A stretch of DNA of 64,000 nt from an uncultured Lachnospiraceae bacterium (GTDB lineage: Bacteria; Bacillota; Clostridia; Oscillospirales; CAG-272), in assembly GCA_964463325.1 (NCBI GenBank), contig CAYXBY010000001.1, positions 14,791 to 78,790 on the forward strand, read 5' to 3'. Positions 60,954 to 64,000 of this stretch are shown piece after piece. A program made the translations under genes and the position numbers. The notes under the pieces are model-generated. The model had not been told where the DNA came from. It saw only the letters and a list, made by a program, of their open reading frames with translations, and searched no databases. Within the stretch, counting starts at the first letter, position 1; each line of letters begins with the position of its first letter.

Positions 60954-61874
60954 ATGGAGCTTTTGGTCGGCACAGAATATTCGGGGCGCATGCTGCGTGA
61001 GCTGCTGCGCGGCGAGCTGCACATCTCGTCGCGGCTGCTGGCTCGGCTGAAGCAGGACGAGCACGGAATACTTGTGAACGGTCAGCGGGTGACGGTGCGC
61101 TGCCTGCTGCACGACGGTGACAAAGTCACACTGGCGGACTTCCCCGCCGAGTCGCAGCCCAAGGTCGAGCCGGTCAAGTTTGACATCGAGATAGTTTACA
61201 GCGACGAATATCTGACCGTCGTCAACAAGCCGCCCTACATGCCGACACACCCCTCGCACGATCATTACGACGACACTCTCGCCAATGCGCTGGCCTATAT
61301 TCATCGAGACGACGCGCAGCCCTACGTTTTTCGTCCCGTCAGCCGCCTCGACCGCAACACCAGCGGTCTTGTGACCGTCGCCGCGACCAAATACGCCTCC
61401 TGTCAGCTCAATCGGCTGATGCAGTCGGGCGGTTTTTCCAAGCGCTATATCGCCATAACCGACGGCGTGCCGACGCAGCCCGAGGGGCGCATACATACCG
61501 GCATCCGCCGCACTGCCGAAAGCATTATAGTCCGCGAGGTCTGCGAGCTCGGCACGCCCGGCTCCGAGGAGGCCATCACCGACTACCGAACACTGGCGTC
61601 CGACGGCGAGCACGCGCTGCTCGAGCTGCATCCCATCACGGGGCGCACCCACCAGCTGCGAGTGCATTTGGCCTCTGTCCTCGGCACCCCCATCTGCGGC
61701 GACGACCTGTACGGCGCCTCCTGCGAGCTTATCGGTCGGCAGGCGCTGCACGCCATCGGCCTCAAGCTGACTCACCCCATCACCGGCGAGCAGCTGACGC
61801 TCCACGCGCCTCCGCCCGAGGACATGCGCACGCTCAGCACCCGCCTGTTCCCCACCCTTGATCTGAAAGGATAA
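60954..61874 (+). CDS. RluA-family 23S rRNA/tRNA pseudouridine synthase
   Basis: 306 aa from the ATG at 60954 (GGGAGGG 5 nt upstream). It has an S4-like N-terminus, the catalytic RLDRNTSGL motif and HQLRVH. Confidence 0.88.
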   Translation: MELLVGTEYSGRMLRELLRGELHISSRLLARLKQDEHGILVNGQRVTVRCLLHDGDKVTLADFPAESQPKVEPVKFDIEIVYSDEYLTVVNKPPYMPTHPSHDHYDDTLANALAYIHRDDAQPYVFRPVSRLDRNTSGLVTVAATKYASCQLNRLMQSGGFSKRYIAITDGVPTQPEGRIHTGIRRTAESIIVREVCELGTPGSEEAITDYRTLASDGEHALLELHPITGRTHQLRVHLASVLGTPICGDDLYGASCELIGRQALHAIGLKLTHPITGEQLTLHAPPPEDMRTLSTRLFPTLDLKG

Positions 61875-63097
61875 TGCTTATGAATGATGATAAAAATATC
61901 AGTCCGCACGAGGCCGAAACTCCCGAGCTCACTCCACCGCCCGAGACGCCGACAACCGACGAGATGTTCCCCACACCCGAGGCCGCACCACCGGTGCGCT
62001 ATCACCTGCCACTGGTCAGCAAAATCCTGTTTGCGCTGGCGAGCGTCAGCGCCATTGTCTACCTTATCGCCATGCATAGCACCGCCGTCGCCGACTTTGT
62101 CTCGCGCTACCCCGGTTCGGTCGTCCGCGCGACGCTGGCGCACCTGACAAACTGGCTGCCCTGCTCGCTGGCCGAGGCGCTGGTGCTGTTTTTGCCGGTA
62201 ATACTGTTCTTTCTCATACGCGCCGCCGTCAAAAAATACAGCGACAGCTGGCACAACACGCTGGTCTACCTCGGCATGCTGCTGTCGGTGGCATCGCTGC
62301 TGCTCACGCTCATGGTCTGGGGCTTCGGCACCGGATATTACGGCCGGACGCTCGACCGCAAGCTGGGGCTCGAGCGCCGCGACGTCAGCGCCGACGAGCT
62401 GAAATATACCGCCGAACAGCTGATAGAACATGTCAACCGCACGGCCGAGGACGTCACCTTTCGCTATCAGAATTTCTCGGTAATGCCCTTCTCGCTCGAC
62501 GAAATGAACGACAAGCTGCTCGAGGCCTACGACCGCGTCAGCGACAAGCACAGCTTTGTGCAGCGACTGAACAGCCGTGTCAAGCCGGTGGTCAACAGCG
62601 AGCTGTGGTCGTACACACACATCACCGGCGTCTATTCCTACTTCACCGGCGAGGCCAATATCAACGTCAATTTTCCCGACTACACCATCGTCTACACCGC
62701 CGCTCACGAGCTGGCGCACCAGCGCGGCATCGCCCGCGAGGACGAGGCCAATTTCATGGCCTTCCTTGTCTGCACCTCCAGCGACGACCCTTATATCCAA
62801 TATTGCGGCTATCTCAATATGTACGAATACGTCCGCAACTCGCTCTACACCGCCAGCCCCGACATGTACAACGAGGTGCGCGGCAAGCTGGACCTCAGGG
62901 TCCAGTACGAGATGGCCGCCTACTCAAGCTTCTTCGACAAATACCGCCACAACGTGGTGGCCAACGTAAGCGAAACGGTCAACGACACCTACCTCAAGCT
63001 TCAGGGGACCGCCGGCACGCGCAGCTACGGCATGGTCACCGACCTCGCCGTTGCCTACTACCGCACATCGCAGGATACCGCCCCCAACGCTCAATAA
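61874..63097 (+). CDS. DUF3810-like membrane metalloprotein (HExxH)
   Basis: 407 aa with N-terminal TM segments and AAHELAHQRGIAREDEANF. Its start overlaps the rluA-family stop (TAATG). Confidence 0.7.
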   Translation: MLMNDDKNISPHEAETPELTPPPETPTTDEMFPTPEAAPPVRYHLPLVSKILFALASVSAIVYLIAMHSTAVADFVSRYPGSVVRATLAHLTNWLPCSLAEALVLFLPVILFFLIRAAVKKYSDSWHNTLVYLGMLLSVASLLLTLMVWGFGTGYYGRTLDRKLGLERRDVSADELKYTAEQLIEHVNRTAEDVTFRYQNFSVMPFSLDEMNDKLLEAYDRVSDKHSFVQRLNSRVKPVVNSELWSYTHITGVYSYFTGEANINVNFPDYTIVYTAAHELAHQRGIAREDEANFMAFLVCTSSDDPYIQYCGYLNMYEYVRNSLYTASPDMYNEVRGKLDLRVQYEMAAYSSFFDKYRHNVVANVSETVNDTYLKLQGTAGTRSYGMVTDLAVAYYRTSQDTAPNAQ

Positions 63098-63134
63098 TTC
63101 GCGATACAGCGCGACTGACGCTGTCGCAAAACCC

Positions 63135-63170
63135 GCCCTCATCGCATATAATAGCGATGAGGGCATTTTG
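63135..63170 (+). terminator. Terminator after the DUF3810 gene
   Basis: GCCCTCATCGC/GCGATGAGGGC stem (11 bp) followed by ATTTTG. Confidence 0.75.
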
Positions 63171-63400
63171 CATAATTATTATGTTAAAATTTCGTACATT
63201 TTTCCTTAAAAAAATTTTCAAAAAAGGCTTTTATTTTTTGACTTTATATGATATAATATAGTCACCCGAATTGTCGTATGTGATTTTTGGGTGTTTTTAC
63301 GCTTTGGGGGCTGTGAATAAGTCAAATTTTATTGTGAACGCCCGCAAATATTCTTTGTAAAGGATTGACCCGGCCCCGAGCCGTGGCGTGGATATATATC

Positions 63401-64000
63401 ATGGAAAAAATAGTCATCAACGGTGGTAACAAGCTCTACGGCGATATATATGTGGACGGCATGAAAAATGCCGCGCTCCCCATCCTCTTTGCCACTATCC
63501 TCACCGGGGACAGATGCGTCATTGAGAATCTTCCTCCAATAAGCGATATAAACACCACCCTCGACATTCTCCGCTCAATGGGCGCCAGCGTGCGTCTTTT
63601 GAATAAAACGACCGCAGAGATCGACACAGCGCATGTCGTCGGCGGCACCTCCCCCTATGATCTGGCGAGCAAGATGCGTGCCTCCACATATCTTCTTGGC
63701 GCTGAGCTGGGGCGTTTCGGTGCCGCCCGAGTCGGTTGGCCGGGGGGCTGCGACTTTGTTTCGCGCCCCATCGACCAGCACATCAAGGGCTTTGAGGCGC
63801 TGGGCGCTACCGAGTGCAGCGACGGCGGTTATATCCGCCTTGAGACCGACGCTCCCCTGCGCGGCACGACGGTGTATTTTGACGTCTGCTCTGTTGGCGC
63901 GACCTGCAACCTGATTCTTGCATCCGTTCTCGCCGAGGGCACGACCGTGCTTGACAATGCCGCCCGCGAGCCGCATATCGTCGACCTTGCCAACTTCCTC
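63401..64000 (+). CDS. murA: UDP-N-acetylglucosamine 1-carboxyvinyltransferase, 3'-truncated by the window edge
   Basis: This gene is not in the ORF track because it has no stop inside the window. My translation from the ATG at 63401 gives MEKIVINGGNKLYGDIYVDGMKNAALPILFATIL...PGGCDFVSRPIDQHIKGF (active-site Cys loop). Confidence 0.9.
   Translation, partial: MEKIVINGGNKLYGDIYVDGMKNAALPILFATILTGDRCVIENLPPISDINTTLDILRSMGASVRLLNKTTAEIDTAHVVGGTSPYDLASKMRASTYLLGAELGRFGAARVGWPGGCDFVSRPIDQHIKGFEALGATECSDGGYIRLETDAPLRGTTVYFDVCSVGATCNLILASVLAEGTTVLDNAAREPHIVDLANFL

Noticed and set aside
63171-63400. I considered whether the AT-rich 230-nt region upstream of murA is a riboswitch or promoter cluster.
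   Set aside because: It contains an extended -10-like TGATATAAT (63249-63257) but no convincing -35, no terminator or antiterminator pair, and no motif I recognise. The evidence is insufficient.
1-64000. I searched by eye for tRNA or rRNA genes, CRISPR repeats, IS or transposase genes, prophage genes, toxin-antitoxin pairs and restriction-modification genes.
   Set aside because: I saw no GTTCGAATC-type T-arm motifs, no regularly spaced direct repeats, and no ORFs with transposase, integrase, capsid or nuclease signatures. A manual scan cannot exclude small or degenerate elements.

Overview
This is a core chromosomal segment of a high-GC, endospore-forming Firmicute. The gene content is Clostridia-type (complete spoIIIAA-AH, yqfC/yqfD, ylbJ), and the taxonomic placement is inferred from that content only. 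The window is almost entirely coding. From left to right it holds: a nucleobase permease (cut by the window edge); a stand-alone MurE-like ligase with a coupled small ORF; a GNAT acetyltransferase; a long minus-strand housekeeping run (DUF1385, prs, rhamnulokinase-like kinase, mutS2, recO, era, ybeY, phoH, yqfD, yqfC); ylbJ; a DUF3343 plus cysteine-desulfurase pair; the complete S10-spc-alpha ribosomal supercluster on the minus strand (rpsJ through rplQ, including secY, adk, map, infA, rpoA); a two-gene insert (membrane protein plus YafY-like regulator); rplJ-rplL with an L10-type leader; a P-loop ATPase; spoIIIAA-AH; two glycerophosphodiesterase genes, one of them a 935-aa surface protein; a small accessory patch (membrane protein, lower-GC lipoprotein, DUF4434-like, bile-salt-hydrolase family); a single operon encoding the whole shikimate pathway plus the Phe and Tyr branches (pheA-aroB-aroC-aroE/K-aroQ-aroA-tyrA-aroF); two small unknown genes; an RluA-family pseudouridine synthase; a DUF3810 metalloprotein; and the 5' part of murA. 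I found no tRNA, rRNA, CRISPR array, IS element or phage genes. Many long ORFs in the track are antisense shadows of real genes, as expected at this GC content, and several real genes needed their 5' ends trimmed. The most interesting signal is not in the ORF track. It is a 22-codon leader ORF containing Phe-Tyr-Tyr-Tyr, with a mutually exclusive antiterminator/terminator pair, upstream of the aromatic amino acid operon. This looks like a classical ribosome-mediated attenuator in a lineage where T-box or protein-mediated control is the norm. Secondary signals are: an S10-operon leader with a consensus promoter and an internal terminator; a structured spacer ending in a terminator that abuts the RBS of an ATPase gene after spoIIIAH; a hairpin-rich non-coding block downstream of rplQ; an apparent CTG start for infA; and unusual insertions or motifs in ribosomal proteins uL23, uL24 and uS3.
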